From the IMG/VR virus record IMGVR_UViG_3300046804_001959: a stretch of 64,000 nt of DNA. One strand, written 5' to 3'. The notes beneath the pieces are model-generated. The model was not told the origin of the DNA. It saw only the letters and a list, made by a program, of their open reading frames with translations, and made no database searches. Source of the DNA: a virus (taxonomy: Duplodnaviria > Heunggongvirae > Uroviricota > Caudoviricetes). Made by a program: the position numbers and the translations under genes. Shown here in pieces: positions 44,405 through 54,400 of this stretch. The first letter of the stretch is position 1; each line of letters starts with the position of its first letter.

Positions 44405-44921
44405 AAACCCAATAAACCGCTTTCGTAGCTCCATATGTAGTTCCGAATGGATTTGCACCAATAGCTACACTCCATGTCCACTGACCACCGCTGAATGATG
44501 CAGAAGATCTAGAGTAATTGGTTCCATTAATGTTCATTGTAGTCCAACCGCTGTTAGTGGCACCGGTTATACTTAAAACAATATATGCTCCTGCACCGGA
44601 TTCATCATAGTATATTCCGTTGATTGTAGCACCACCGTATATATTAGAAGTTCCATCAGAAATACTTCCGCCGGCATAGTTACCATATCCATATTCATAG
44701 TTGTAGTAACCAAATTCATAGTCTACTACCTCATAAGTACCGACAGTCACTGTCTGATAGTCGAGTAGACCGGCAGGAACGTTCCATGATCCTGAACCAG
44801 CACCACCAGCATACTTGACTTCGACCATTCTCCATTCAGAACCGTTCCACATGCGTACTTGGCCAAAATAACCAGGAGACTGCCAAGATGAACCGTTCCA
44901 GTACTTTACTACGTTAGGCAT
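44403..44921 (-). CDS. Putative fibre-tip / adhesin protein
   Basis: Aromatic/Gly-rich; twin YWNGSSW / MWNGSEW N-terminal motifs. Confidence 0.55.
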   Translation of the reverse strand: MPNVVKYWNGSSWQSPGYFGQVRMWNGSEWRMVEVKYAGGAGSGSWNVPAGLLDYQTVTVGTYEVVDYEFGYYNYEYGYGNYAGGSISDGTSNIYGGATINGIYYDESGAGAYIVLSITGATNSGWTTMNINGTNYSRSSASFSGGQWTWSVAIGANPFGTTYGATKAVYWV

Positions 44922-44924
44922 CTA

Positions 44925-45299
44925 TTATGCTCCAGGAGGTGTAGGCCAAACAACGCTTGCTGGATCAGAGAATGTAGTGGTGATGTCGCGAAGAGCCGAA
45001 CGATATGTTGCCCATGCTTCTTTGTCTCCGGGCCAGTCGGCGACTTGAGTATAGTCGCTCTGTGATAACAACTTATCTCTTTTTCCTCTGATATCATCCC
45101 AAGTAACTACTATGACTTTGGCTCGAAGCGTGAGTTGGTTCGATTCGTTCAGATACACTTCTTTACCAAGACGGTTGATGCCGTCAAGAAACGAGTTATA
45201 TTGCGCAGAAGTAATCTCGATGATGTCATCAGGATACGATCTGTAACCCAACTCAGAATCATAAAACCCGTTAGTTGTAAGACTGTAGTAAATCGTCAT
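44925..45299 (-). CDS. Tail fibre assembly chaperone
   Basis: YYS..TNGFYD; IRGKRDKLLSQSDYTQ..D....AWATYRSALRDI...WP..P. Confidence 0.85.
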   Translation of the reverse strand: MTIYYSLTTNGFYDSELGYRSYPDDIIEITSAQYNSFLDGINRLGKEVYLNESNQLTLRAKVIVVTWDDIRGKRDKLLSQSDYTQVADWPGDKEAWATYRSALRDITTTFSDPASVVWPTPPGA

Positions 45300-45300
45300 C

Positions 45301-47031
45301 TTAGTATCCTACTGCGATATAGTATGCGGTACATCCGTTATCATCACCGCTGTGATAGTAGAACGTGCTGGCATTGAAGCTGTAAATTGTCGGGTCGCCG
45401 CCTTGACCACCGAATGTGCCTGTTTCACCCACGCCGTTCATCACTGCCGAGAAGCAGGCAGTCGGGAACGAAACAGGGAATGATCCGGAACCGTTTTGGT
45501 TTGGTGATGTATAGATCGAGCCCCACTGAATGTATAGACCATTTGGAAGTCTTGTGTAACCGCTCGATGCAAGAGACTGTGTAAATCCTGATGATCCTGA
45601 AGTATCGATCCAGATATCACCTGCAGCAGAAGCAGTCGGAGTAGTTCCTGTTACGAAGACTTGGCCACCTGAAGTGTAACCGCTGGTGACGTGACGAAGA
45701 ATAGGAGCTGCAGCTGATGCTGAACTTCCCTGTGGACCCTGTGGTCCTTGAGCACCTGTAGCACCGCTGGTTCCCGCTGGTCCCTGTGCACCTGTAGCTC
45801 CTGTCGGTCCCTGTGCACCTGTAGCACCTGCTGCACCCTGTAATCCTTGTGCACCTTGAAGACCTTGCGCACCTTGTGCACCTGTAGCTCCCGTCGGTCC
45901 TTGTGGACCTTGTGCACCCGTAAGACCTGTCGATCCAGTCGCTCCAGTCGGTCCTTGTGGTCCTTGTGGACCTGCAACAGTCGAAGCAGCGCCCGTAGCA
46001 CCTTGTAAACCTTGAGCACCCTGTGCACCTGTAGCTCCCGTAGGTCCTTGTGGTCCCTGAGGTCCAGCTGCGCCAGTTGCCCCAGTCGGTCCTTGTGGTC
46101 CTTGAGGTCCTGTAAGTCCAGTCGCTCCGGTTGCCCCTGTAGCACCTTGTGGACCTGCAACTGTCGATGCAGCTCCTTGTGGTCCCTGTGGTCCCTGTGG
46201 TCCTTGCGCACCCGTAGAACCTGTTGATCCAGTTGCCCCTGTAGCACCTTGTGGTCCTTGTGGTCCAGCGAGTGCTGACCAATACAATCCACCGCCTGCA
46301 CCGTTCGTTGAGAGTACATAACCTGTAACACCTGCCGATTGAGTAGGCAGAAGGTTGTTTACGTTACCGCCTGTACCACCACGAGCTACTGCAAGTGTAC
46401 CAGTAGTTACCGCTGAAAGATCGACATGTACACCGGTCGAGTTGATTGATAGACCTGTACCGTTGGCGAACGTAAGAGTTGGGTTACCAGAAACACCGTC
46501 ACCGTTGGTAACTGTTACTGCGTTCGAACCTACGATCGATCTTGCAGCACCAGTTCCTGTACCAGTACGAACTACTATACCGTTTGCAGAGATATTGTAA
46601 ACAGTATTTGCGTTGCTCGCTGTACCTGTATAGAGAGATGAGTTGACACCTCCACCACCAGTCAGCTGTAGAGAATTGGTGAGAGTGATGTTGTTTGCGA
46701 ACAGATCGAAACGAGCGGTCGTAGTACCAAGAGCCCCACCGTTTGCGTTAGGTCTGAATGTGCCGTAAGAGATGGTATCGTAAAGAAAACCGTTGAATCG
46801 ATTCGAAGTGTTACCGAGCGGTTGCTGGTCGGCGATCAGAAGAACACCGCCTTGTCCAACAGTTACGTTAGCGTATACTAGCGATCCGTTAACTACAAGG
46901 TTACCAGATACAACGAACAGATCGTTCTTAAAGTGTGCGTTAGCCTCGACATCGACACGATCATAGAAGATGGCGTTGCCAGAAGCAACTAGACCGTTAT
47001 CAACTTTAAATCTACTGTTTGCGCCTGCCAT
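45301..47031 (-). CDS. Collagen-like tail fibre with C-terminal receptor-binding-type domain
   Basis: About 180 aa of Gly-X-Y; C-terminal [14 protein letters not shown]...FPVSFP; followed by a chaperone gene. Confidence 0.88.
   Translation of the reverse strand: MAGANSRFKVDNGLVASGNAIFYDRVDVEANAHFKNDLFVVSGNLVVNGSLVYANVTVGQGGVLLIADQQPLGNTSNRFNGFLYDTISYGTFRPNANGGALGTTTARFDLFANNITLTNSLQLTGGGGVNSSLYTGTASNANTVYNISANGIVVRTGTGTGAARSIVGSNAVTVTNGDGVSGNPTLTFANGTGLSINSTGVHVDLSAVTTGTLAVARGGTGGNVNNLLPTQSAGVTGYVLSTNGAGGGLYWSALAGPQGPQGATGATGSTGSTGAQGPQGPQGPQGAASTVAGPQGATGATGATGLTGPQGPQGPTGATGAAGPQGPQGPTGATGAQGAQGLQGATGAASTVAGPQGPQGPTGATGSTGLTGAQGPQGPTGATGAQGAQGLQGAQGLQGAAGATGAQGPTGATGAQGPAGTSGATGAQGPQGPQGSSASAAAPILRHVTSGYTSGGQVFVTGTTPTASAAGDIWIDTSGSSGFTQSLASSGYTRLPNGLYIQWGSIYTSPNQNGSGSFPVSFPTACFSAVMNGVGETGTFGGQGGDPTIYSFNASTFYYHSGDDNGCTAYYIAVGY
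45728..46266 (-). repeat. Collagen Gly-X-Y repeat ([12 protein letters not shown]) with two identical AASTVA interruptions
   Basis: Translation and 9-nt periodicity. Confidence 0.95.
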
Positions 47032-47039
47032 GTCTTACC

Positions 47040-49049
47040 TTACTTGATGAACTGCGCCACGACCTTTGCAGCCGAGCTCGCTCTTGTTTGATTTACGTAT
47101 ACTCTCACGTTCGTGGTATCTGCATTAGCAGAGAATGTTCCGAGCAAGCTAACACCTACGTTCGAAGATGCAGGAGAAGATACAGTACCGTACGTGGTGA
47201 GGTATGCATCTGTGGTATCGTGAGCGATGAGAGCTTCTGAGATCTGTGTATTGCCGGCGTTCTTCAGTTGAATAAGAAGCTTAGCGCTGCTATAGTCTGC
47301 CTTTGCGAACTGGAATATGAGAACATCTGAACCCGTAGTAGCACCTAGGTTACTGTTAGCATAGACATCCACTACGTGATCTGTCTCGATAGTCATAGCA
47401 CCACCGAACGAAGATGTTCCGGTTACAGCTAGCGTGTTCGAGAGAGTCGTTGCTCCGGTTACTCCGAGAGTATTCGAAAGCGTAGCAGCTCCTGTTACAC
47501 CAAGCGTGCTAGAGAGTGTAGTAGCTCCTGCTACCGAAAGTGTATTCGATAGCGCTACGTTCGAACTGACCGTTGCAGCACCGACGATATTAAGGTAACT
47601 CGTAGGAGTGATCGTCAGGTTTGCCGAAGCAGTGATAGATCCGTTACCGACCACAGTGTTGAACGTAGAGTTACCTACAAAGACTGAAGTTGCATTACCG
47701 TATACGTTTGCTCCTACTGAAACCATCGTCTGGTTTGCAGAGAAGATACCTGTTACGAATCCTGCGGTAGTTGCATTTACACTGACCGTCGAGTTAGCTA
47801 CTCTAAACAGAGCTTGTGTAATCTGAGTGTTGACTGTCGTGTTGCCAAGAGTTACGCTGTTGATACCGATCGTGGTATTCTGCGTAGAGTTGGCAATGAC
47901 TGTGCTCGTCTGAGTAGCGATCGTGTTGACTGAGCTGTTACCGATGTACAGAGCAGAGCTGTTAGCGATAACGTTGGAACCGACTGAAACAGCAGTGGTG
48001 TTACCGGTAAAGATACCTGTCTTGAAACTGATAGGATCTACGTTAGCAGAAGAAGTGCTGTTAGCGATCTTAATGATAGTGCTATTTGCTACAGTGTTGA
48101 TCGTACTGTTACCGACTTCAAGCTTAGTCAGCGTCAGTGTCGAAGAGTGCGTGCTGTTCTGTAGAACGGTGGCCGTTTGGTTATGAATAGCATTGATCGT
48201 GCTGTTGCCAAGATACAGCGCAGTCGAGTTGGCAATTACGTTTGCACCAACTTGTACTTCGATCGTGTTAGCCTGAAAGATACCGGTCTTGAAGCTAATC
48301 GGGTTGATGTTTGCAGAAGATGTGCTGTTTGCAATCGTAATAATGGTCGAGTTAGCAAGAGCATTGATCGTACTGTTGCCGATCAGGATCTTTTCTTGTG
48401 TGATAGTTGTCGAATGAATCGAGTTCTGCAGAAGACTCTGTGCTTGCGAGTGTACAGAGTTGATCGATGAGTTACCAACATACAGAGATGTTGAGTTGGC
48501 GATCAGGTTTGCACCTACGTTGATCTCTACGTTGCTGACCTTCGAGATACCGGTAGCAAAACTGTTCGACGTCATGTTAGCCGAGATCGTGCTGTTCTGA
48601 ACAGAGATCAACGTGGCGTTGGCAGTCGAGTTAGTTGTAGAGTTCGATTGAACTGTAAGCTTGGTAGTGTTGGCTACAAGGTTTGCACCTGTCAGACCAG
48701 CATGCAGACCATACTGCCACATGAATGTGTTCGAAGAACCGTTGGCAACTTCCAGACGAATTTCAGTAGAGTTAACGTTGCTGAGTACTGTGTTGGTGCT
48801 GATGTACAGGTTAGCGAACTGACCGTTGACGTTACCGCCCTTCATCCAATTCGATACGACTAGATTGTTAGCACCGAAAGTACCGTAAAGCTGTGCAGTT
48901 CTCGAGAACGTGCTGTTGCCAGTGTTGGCATAAGTGCTGTTAGCAGTGATGATCTCAGTCGAGAGCGCATGAAGAAGTTCATTGGTCTCTAAGAGCCAAA
49001 TCTCGAATGAGTCTGTAATAACATCAACGTTAGCTACTTGTCTTGCCAT
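47040..49049 (-). CDS. Asn/Ser/Thr-rich virion structural (fibre/adaptor) protein
   Basis: DSFEIWLLETNEL N-terminus; repeated ANST/GNST; C-terminal SAKLLIQ..EALIAHD..YG domain. Confidence 0.75.
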   Translation of the reverse strand: MARQVANVDVITDSFEIWLLETNELLHALSTEIITANSTYANTGNSTFSRTAQLYGTFGANNLVVSNWMKGGNVNGQFANLYISTNTVLSNVNSTEIRLEVANGSSNTFMWQYGLHAGLTGANLVANTTKLTVQSNSTTNSTANATLISVQNSTISANMTSNSFATGISKVSNVEINVGANLIANSTSLYVGNSSINSVHSQAQSLLQNSIHSTTITQEKILIGNSTINALANSTIITIANSTSSANINPISFKTGIFQANTIEVQVGANVIANSTALYLGNSTINAIHNQTATVLQNSTHSSTLTLTKLEVGNSTINTVANSTIIKIANSTSSANVDPISFKTGIFTGNTTAVSVGSNVIANSSALYIGNSSVNTIATQTSTVIANSTQNTTIGINSVTLGNTTVNTQITQALFRVANSTVSVNATTAGFVTGIFSANQTMVSVGANVYGNATSVFVGNSTFNTVVGNGSITASANLTITPTSYLNIVGAATVSSNVALSNTLSVAGATTLSSTLGVTGAATLSNTLGVTGATTLSNTLAVTGTSSFGGAMTIETDHVVDVYANSNLGATTGSDVLIFQFAKADYSSAKLLIQLKNAGNTQISEALIAHDTTDAYLTTYGTVSSPASSNVGVSLLGTFSANADTTNVRVYVNQTRASSAAKVVAQFIK

Positions 49050-49258
49050 TAATTTCTTCCGTTAACTACTTGTAAGAGTAGATTCTTGATCTCTCTCAAA
49101 TCATCCTCGACTGCTGTCATTCTATTACAAAGATCGTTGCTCTTTTTAATGGCTGCTCTTTGAGCCACGAATCGTGCATACGCGTCGTCATCTGTATTTA
49201 TGAAAGCCCCAGATGAAGTGTCCTTCATGTATCCGTCAGTTTCAGTTTTTACTAACAT
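49049..49258 (-). CDS. Small conserved structural-region protein
   Basis: YMKDTSSGAFINTD followed by a coiled coil. Confidence 0.7.
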   Translation of the reverse strand: MLVKTETDGYMKDTSSGAFINTDDDAYARFVAQRAAIKKSNDLCNRMTAVEDDLREIKNLLLQVVNGRN

Positions 49259-51369
49259 TATGCAGAAGCCCCGATAACTTGGATCTGCTCGACCTTTGGA
49301 ACGATGTGAGACTGAGATGCCAGTAGAACCACCTTGATTTGCATCGATGTATAGCGATCGAACTCAACGTACTCGCTGTTGACGTAACGCACTTGGTTAT
49401 CGTTCTCTACGTTGTTCCATGCAGTGTTTCTGTACTTCAGCTTGTCGACTACGATGTCTGAACGTGTAACACCGCTAGAAACAAGGCTCGAAGTCGTGAT
49501 CTTACGATACGTGCTGATAGCTGTAGTGTTGGCTGCTGAAACAACAAACACTTCTTGGTTGCCGAAGTCAGCATCACGAATGCGAATCAAGTCGCCGGCA
49601 GTCAAGACAGCCGACTGATCTGCAGTTGTCGTGATGGTGTTAGAGTTGTATGTAATCGTAGCCGTTCCCGAGAGTTCGGTCTGTACTTCTGGATTCACAT
49701 CGAATCCGTACGTATACTCGTACATGTCTCTTGGATCTGTCGAGCTGTAACGATCGATGTTGTCCTTGAGTACAAGAGGAGTCCAAGCTTTGCTACCGAA
49801 AGTCTCTCTGTCTGCAGCGTTGTGAATCTTTGCATAGACACGAATCTCAGTACCAGCTGGACGATATCCCGTCAGATAGACCACGATGTCTTCTGCATAC
49901 TTGTCTTGAGCGAAGTTGATAACCTTCGAGATGTACTTCGACTTAGCAAGACCGTTCGGTCCAGTCTCGGTGTCATAGTCTGCGATAGCTGTAAGACCAA
50001 CTGTACGTGTTTCTTTGTACGTGTTGTTAATATCGTTCTGATAGAAGTAGAAGTCAAGTTCACGGGTCGTAGCGTAAGGAACCGCAAAGCGATCGCGCTC
50101 AGCAGTCGATACTGAGATACTCAGGTTTGCTACTACTGACTTTCTTCTCGTTCCGAATAGATTCGAACTCTTTGACGTATCTACTTCAACTGATCTTGAC
50201 AAGATATAGCCAGTATTGGCAGAGTTATTCATCTGCAGAAGATTGATGTTAGTAGACGAAGAAGAAAGCTGGTTAGAAGAGTTAGCGATCTGATAGTTCA
50301 GAGAGAAAGTCGAGCCGGTAGGGTTGCCGATCAGGAACGATGGCTTGAAGTTATCGACTGGATAACGATCGATAGAAGCGATGTTTGCTGTACCTCCTGA
50401 ACGGTCGCCGATGATTCTTCCTCCACCCACAGAGAATTTCACTGAAGAGTTGGCTGTCGAATCGACGAGAATAACCGAGTTCTTTGGATAATCTACCTTA
50501 TAGACTAGTCCTAATGGAGGCAGTTTATAACCGATACCCGTTGCTGAGAACGAAGGAGAGCGATCAACTGTCATCAGAGTAGTATTAGTAATGCCTTCGA
50601 TCTTGAGTACTTGTGTAGAACCTCCGCTCGAGACTACGATCTTATCTCCGACTGCGTGTCCAGTAAACGTTGTTCCTACACCTACCACATTTTGGCTCGT
50701 AGAAGATACAGTAACAGTACCTGTCTGATTGGCAACGTTTTGATAAACATACTCGCCGCCGATGAACGCACCAGTGTTAGTGTTGTCGATGGTAAAGAAC
50801 TCATAGTCCTTGTTTACAAGACTGACTGTGATGTTGTTTGCTGTAAACCGTGCGACGTTGATTTTGATCTTGAGATCGCGATCTGGTCTCTCACGGTGAG
50901 TGTTAGTATTGTTGCACTCGTACAACTTGCCACCGTGTGTACCTCTGGTTCCTGTAGAAAGGTTGGTAGTGGTAACACCAGCAACTACAAGTCTTTCTCC
51001 AAGAACGTTGGTCCATACATCGTATGCAGGATCGTTGAACTTCAGCACAAGCCCGTAGTAACGACCAGTAGCGAGTCTAACAGGAGTGCTGAACCCGATT
51101 ACTGTGGCTGCAGAACCATCGTTAGAAGAAGGAACTCGATCGTACTCCACATAGCTAAGAGAGTTACGAATGACTTTGCTTTCGATGGGAGAATCGTTCT
51201 CTACTTCGCAAATCCAGGCATTGATACCAGGAGATGTTGCACCAGAAACTGCACGACCTCTTTCAGGCTTGGACTTAAAGTACACTTCGACGGAAGTCAG
51301 CATGACTTCAGGCGCATTCGCGACTCTTTCAGGGTTCACATAAAATGTTTGAATATAGTTGAAAGACAT
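49258..51369 (-). CDS. Baseplate-associated structural protein
   Basis: QTFYV..LTSVEVYFKSKP, DLKIKINVARF, SKYISKVINF, FDRYTSMQIKVVL. Confidence 0.75.
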   Translation of the reverse strand: MSFNYIQTFYVNPERVANAPEVMLTSVEVYFKSKPERGRAVSGATSPGINAWICEVENDSPIESKVIRNSLSYVEYDRVPSSNDGSAATVIGFSTPVRLATGRYYGLVLKFNDPAYDVWTNVLGERLVVAGVTTTNLSTGTRGTHGGKLYECNNTNTHRERPDRDLKIKINVARFTANNITVSLVNKDYEFFTIDNTNTGAFIGGEYVYQNVANQTGTVTVSSTSQNVVGVGTTFTGHAVGDKIVVSSGGSTQVLKIEGITNTTLMTVDRSPSFSATGIGYKLPPLGLVYKVDYPKNSVILVDSTANSSVKFSVGGGRIIGDRSGGTANIASIDRYPVDNFKPSFLIGNPTGSTFSLNYQIANSSNQLSSSSTNINLLQMNNSANTGYILSRSVEVDTSKSSNLFGTRRKSVVANLSISVSTAERDRFAVPYATTRELDFYFYQNDINNTYKETRTVGLTAIADYDTETGPNGLAKSKYISKVINFAQDKYAEDIVVYLTGYRPAGTEIRVYAKIHNAADRETFGSKAWTPLVLKDNIDRYSSTDPRDMYEYTYGFDVNPEVQTELSGTATITYNSNTITTTADQSAVLTAGDLIRIRDADFGNQEVFVVSAANTTAISTYRKITTSSLVSSGVTRSDIVVDKLKYRNTAWNNVENDNQVRYVNSEYVEFDRYTSMQIKVVLLASQSHIVPKVEQIQVIGASA

Positions 51370-51388
51370 GCAGTTCCTCGTTTATCTT

Positions 51389-51396
51389 TATTTATT
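51389..51396 (-). promoter_or_regulatory. Late promoter variant AATAAATA
   Basis: Intergenic, upstream of the 703-aa gene. Confidence 0.5.
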
Positions 51397-51400
51397 CTGC

Positions 51401-54400
51401 TTAGAAGTAGATGCCGCTCATCGCTCTAGCAATTTCGATCTCAAGTTGTTTGTTTAGATCGATCGTCAGAACGTTGTAAGATCCAGTAGCGGCTGTCGCA
51501 TCAGTATAGGCAGCTGCGCCAGATGTTGTAGCTGGCGGAGTATTGTTAGTGGCAGTCGACGAAGTAGAAGTTGCTGTCGTAGAAGGAGATATGTTCAGAT
51601 AGTCGTAACCAGTTGGGTTGTTGGTGTAGTACGACATCGTGATAACACCTGCGCCGCGCGATGTGCTGTCACCGTTCTGAACCGAGAATCTCTTCTGACC
51701 GGCGATGCTTGCGATAGCGCGGTTGCGAGCTTCAACGTCTGTGCCAGCTTCATCGAGGCCTGCATCGTAGTAGAAGTCGAACACAAGAACTCCGTTGGCA
51801 TCTGATCGAAGACCAGCGGTGTTCGTGGTCGATGTTCTGACTTGTGAACACTTGGAAGTCTTGTCTTCTCCGTCAAACGTAAATGTGTGGTTAGTATTTG
51901 GCTTAAGGCCTGATACAGAGATAGTAAATCTCTGCGAGTCTGCCATATAAGCCTCGGCATATCCACCAGCTCCACCTCCAAATAGATCCCAACCGTAGTT
52001 GAAGCTGAATCCTTCAGAGACGGTAAACGTATCAGGAGAGATCGAGTGAACGATACCTGTATACTCGAACGTATTCGGGTTAGGTACTGTTCTGATCTCG
52101 GTCGACACGCTGTCTGTCGGGTACTTCATCAGGTATCCGAACTTACCGCTGTTGCTTCCACCACCACCAAGGAATCCGCTGTGGTGATCACCCTTGTAGA
52201 TACGAATCTTTACGTATTGACCAGCCGCAGGATCATGTGTCCAAAGCATTTTGAACTGATCTTCCCAGAAGTGACCAGAATCGATACCAGATGGGTATGA
52301 CTTGTAATCTAGTGATCCCTTATGTTCGATAGGCTTACCATCGTTAAGACTGCTGATCTGATAGATTCGAGCAACGTCTGCATCAGTGATAGCTTGAGCT
52401 GTCAGCGAGTTCGTTGTCAATGACCATGGACCGTTCGGTGTGCTGCTCTGATAAACAGAAGCTGACATCACGTTGTCTTGAGAATTGATATAGAACTCTA
52501 CTGGTCCAGGGAAACTACTGAACGTGTAAGTAAACTCTTCGTACACCGAACCGCTATCGCTGTGGCTCGTGCTGCGCTGAGACTGAATGACCGTATCGAT
52601 ACGCTGAGTTACCGTAGTTACAGTCACATCGCCAGTCGTATTCGCGACCGTAGTCACAGTGTTGGCTACTGTGTTTGCTTCTACTACTGGAGCTGGACCG
52701 TTTGTGATGCCTGTCTGTTCTCCGATAGAAACTTCAACATAAGGCAGCGTGAGGATACCTTCGTACTGGCCACCGCCGTCTGGCATGAACTGAAGGTTCA
52801 GTTCTTTTAGGAACGGACCGAGTTGATCTTCTCTGATAGAAGAATAGAACTCAGCATGTCCAACTTCTGAATAATTGTAGTCAGTGAACGGATCAACAAA
52901 GAAACCGAACTTGAAACGATCGACAGCAGCATCAAGACCACTCGGAATAAATCTTGCTTTAGCCAATGCTTCTGCAAGAGTAAACGATACATAGTACTCA
53001 AGATCCTTGATTCTCTTATCAAGACTTCCGATGTCAGCCATCGTGTATCTACGTTGTTGAATACGTGTGCGTTCTGCTGCGCTGATCAAAGGCTTGACAG
53101 TGTAGTTTGCTTTTCTCTTACCTGTGGCGTCGCTCTGCACTTTCGTATCGATGATCGAGATCATGTCTGTAGAAAGAGACTCAGGCAGAGAAGGATATGG
53201 TGGAATGTTGTAGATCTGCAGAGTCAGCGAATTATCTTGATCAGGAGGAACGACCGGTGTCGTGCTTGGTTCACCTGCTCTGATTTCAAACCCACCAGTC
53301 GAGTTGATAACTACACGATCGAGTCTTCCAAGATACGAACTGATGTTTGCTGTCATGGTCGAATCAGGTACTGGGAAGTACGATGTTGCCGAAGCAAAGT
53401 AGTTCGTGTTCGATGGAAGAGTTGGGTTGATGATCGACGCTGCGTTAGCACCTGATGCAACCGCTGAGATGTTAGTGATATAGTTGATGGTATTTGCTGC
53501 TGCAGGTCGCATGTCTGCATAGTCACGGAGATCGTAGTAAGTACCGTTCTTTCCTACGAACTCTGGAATTTCCATGGTGTTAACACCAGTATCACTGACC
53601 AGAGTAGTGAGGTTCGCTGTATCGACGATGTTGTAAGACGAGATAGTCTTGACGCCGGATGCAGACGTGAAGGCATCGAACTTGACAAGAAGAACGTCTG
53701 TAGTTGCCAGAGTATCGTATCTTGGCTTACGTACGAGACGAGAGATGTCAAGGAAATCTTCGTTCTGACGGCTATCGATGTAGAACTGATTCGTAACGTC
53801 TGTTACGCCGTTTGTAGTTTCGGTAAAGTAGATGGCGTTACCAGTAAACTTGTGAGTCGAAGATGAGTTCGAGTAAAGCGTAAGGTTAGCACCGCCGCGC
53901 GTCGAGGCCAGAGAAAAACCGGATGTGTTAGCGTATACGACATAGTATGTCGTGGCATTTGTCAGACCACCGACACGACCTACACCTGCAGTGTTCGAGT
54001 ATACTACTGCGTCACCGTTTGCAAACGGGTTGCTTGCGATGGTGATGAAAGCGTTGGCAGTACCAGAACCCGTGATTCCTGTTGAAACATCGAATGTAAC
54101 GTCGCGTGATGAACCGTCTGCTTTCCATACTCCACGTAGACGGTAAACGTCTGATACACCGAGCGGCCATGGTCCACGAATACCTGCGCTGTTGTTGTTA
54201 GCGATCACGATACGAGCGTAGTTACCACGGTTAGATGTCTTGGCAGCAGAGCTGACATTGTTACGTTGAGCGTTATAAACTACCGAGACTGGCATCGAAG
54301 CAGCTGCGTTCGAAGTAGCATTGGCAACGTTGTTACCAAAGTAGATCGTCATGACCTGACTGTTAGAACTGTCGACGTTCGCCCATTTTGAAGCCTTGTT

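Noticed and set aside
45617-46331. Two alternative-frame ORFs over the collagen region
   Set aside because: A by-product of stop-free 9-nt repeats.
36918-47031. Diversity-generating retroelement acting on fibre tips (Mtd-N-like domains present)
   Set aside because: No reverse transcriptase and no TR/VR pair differing at adenines recognised in the window.
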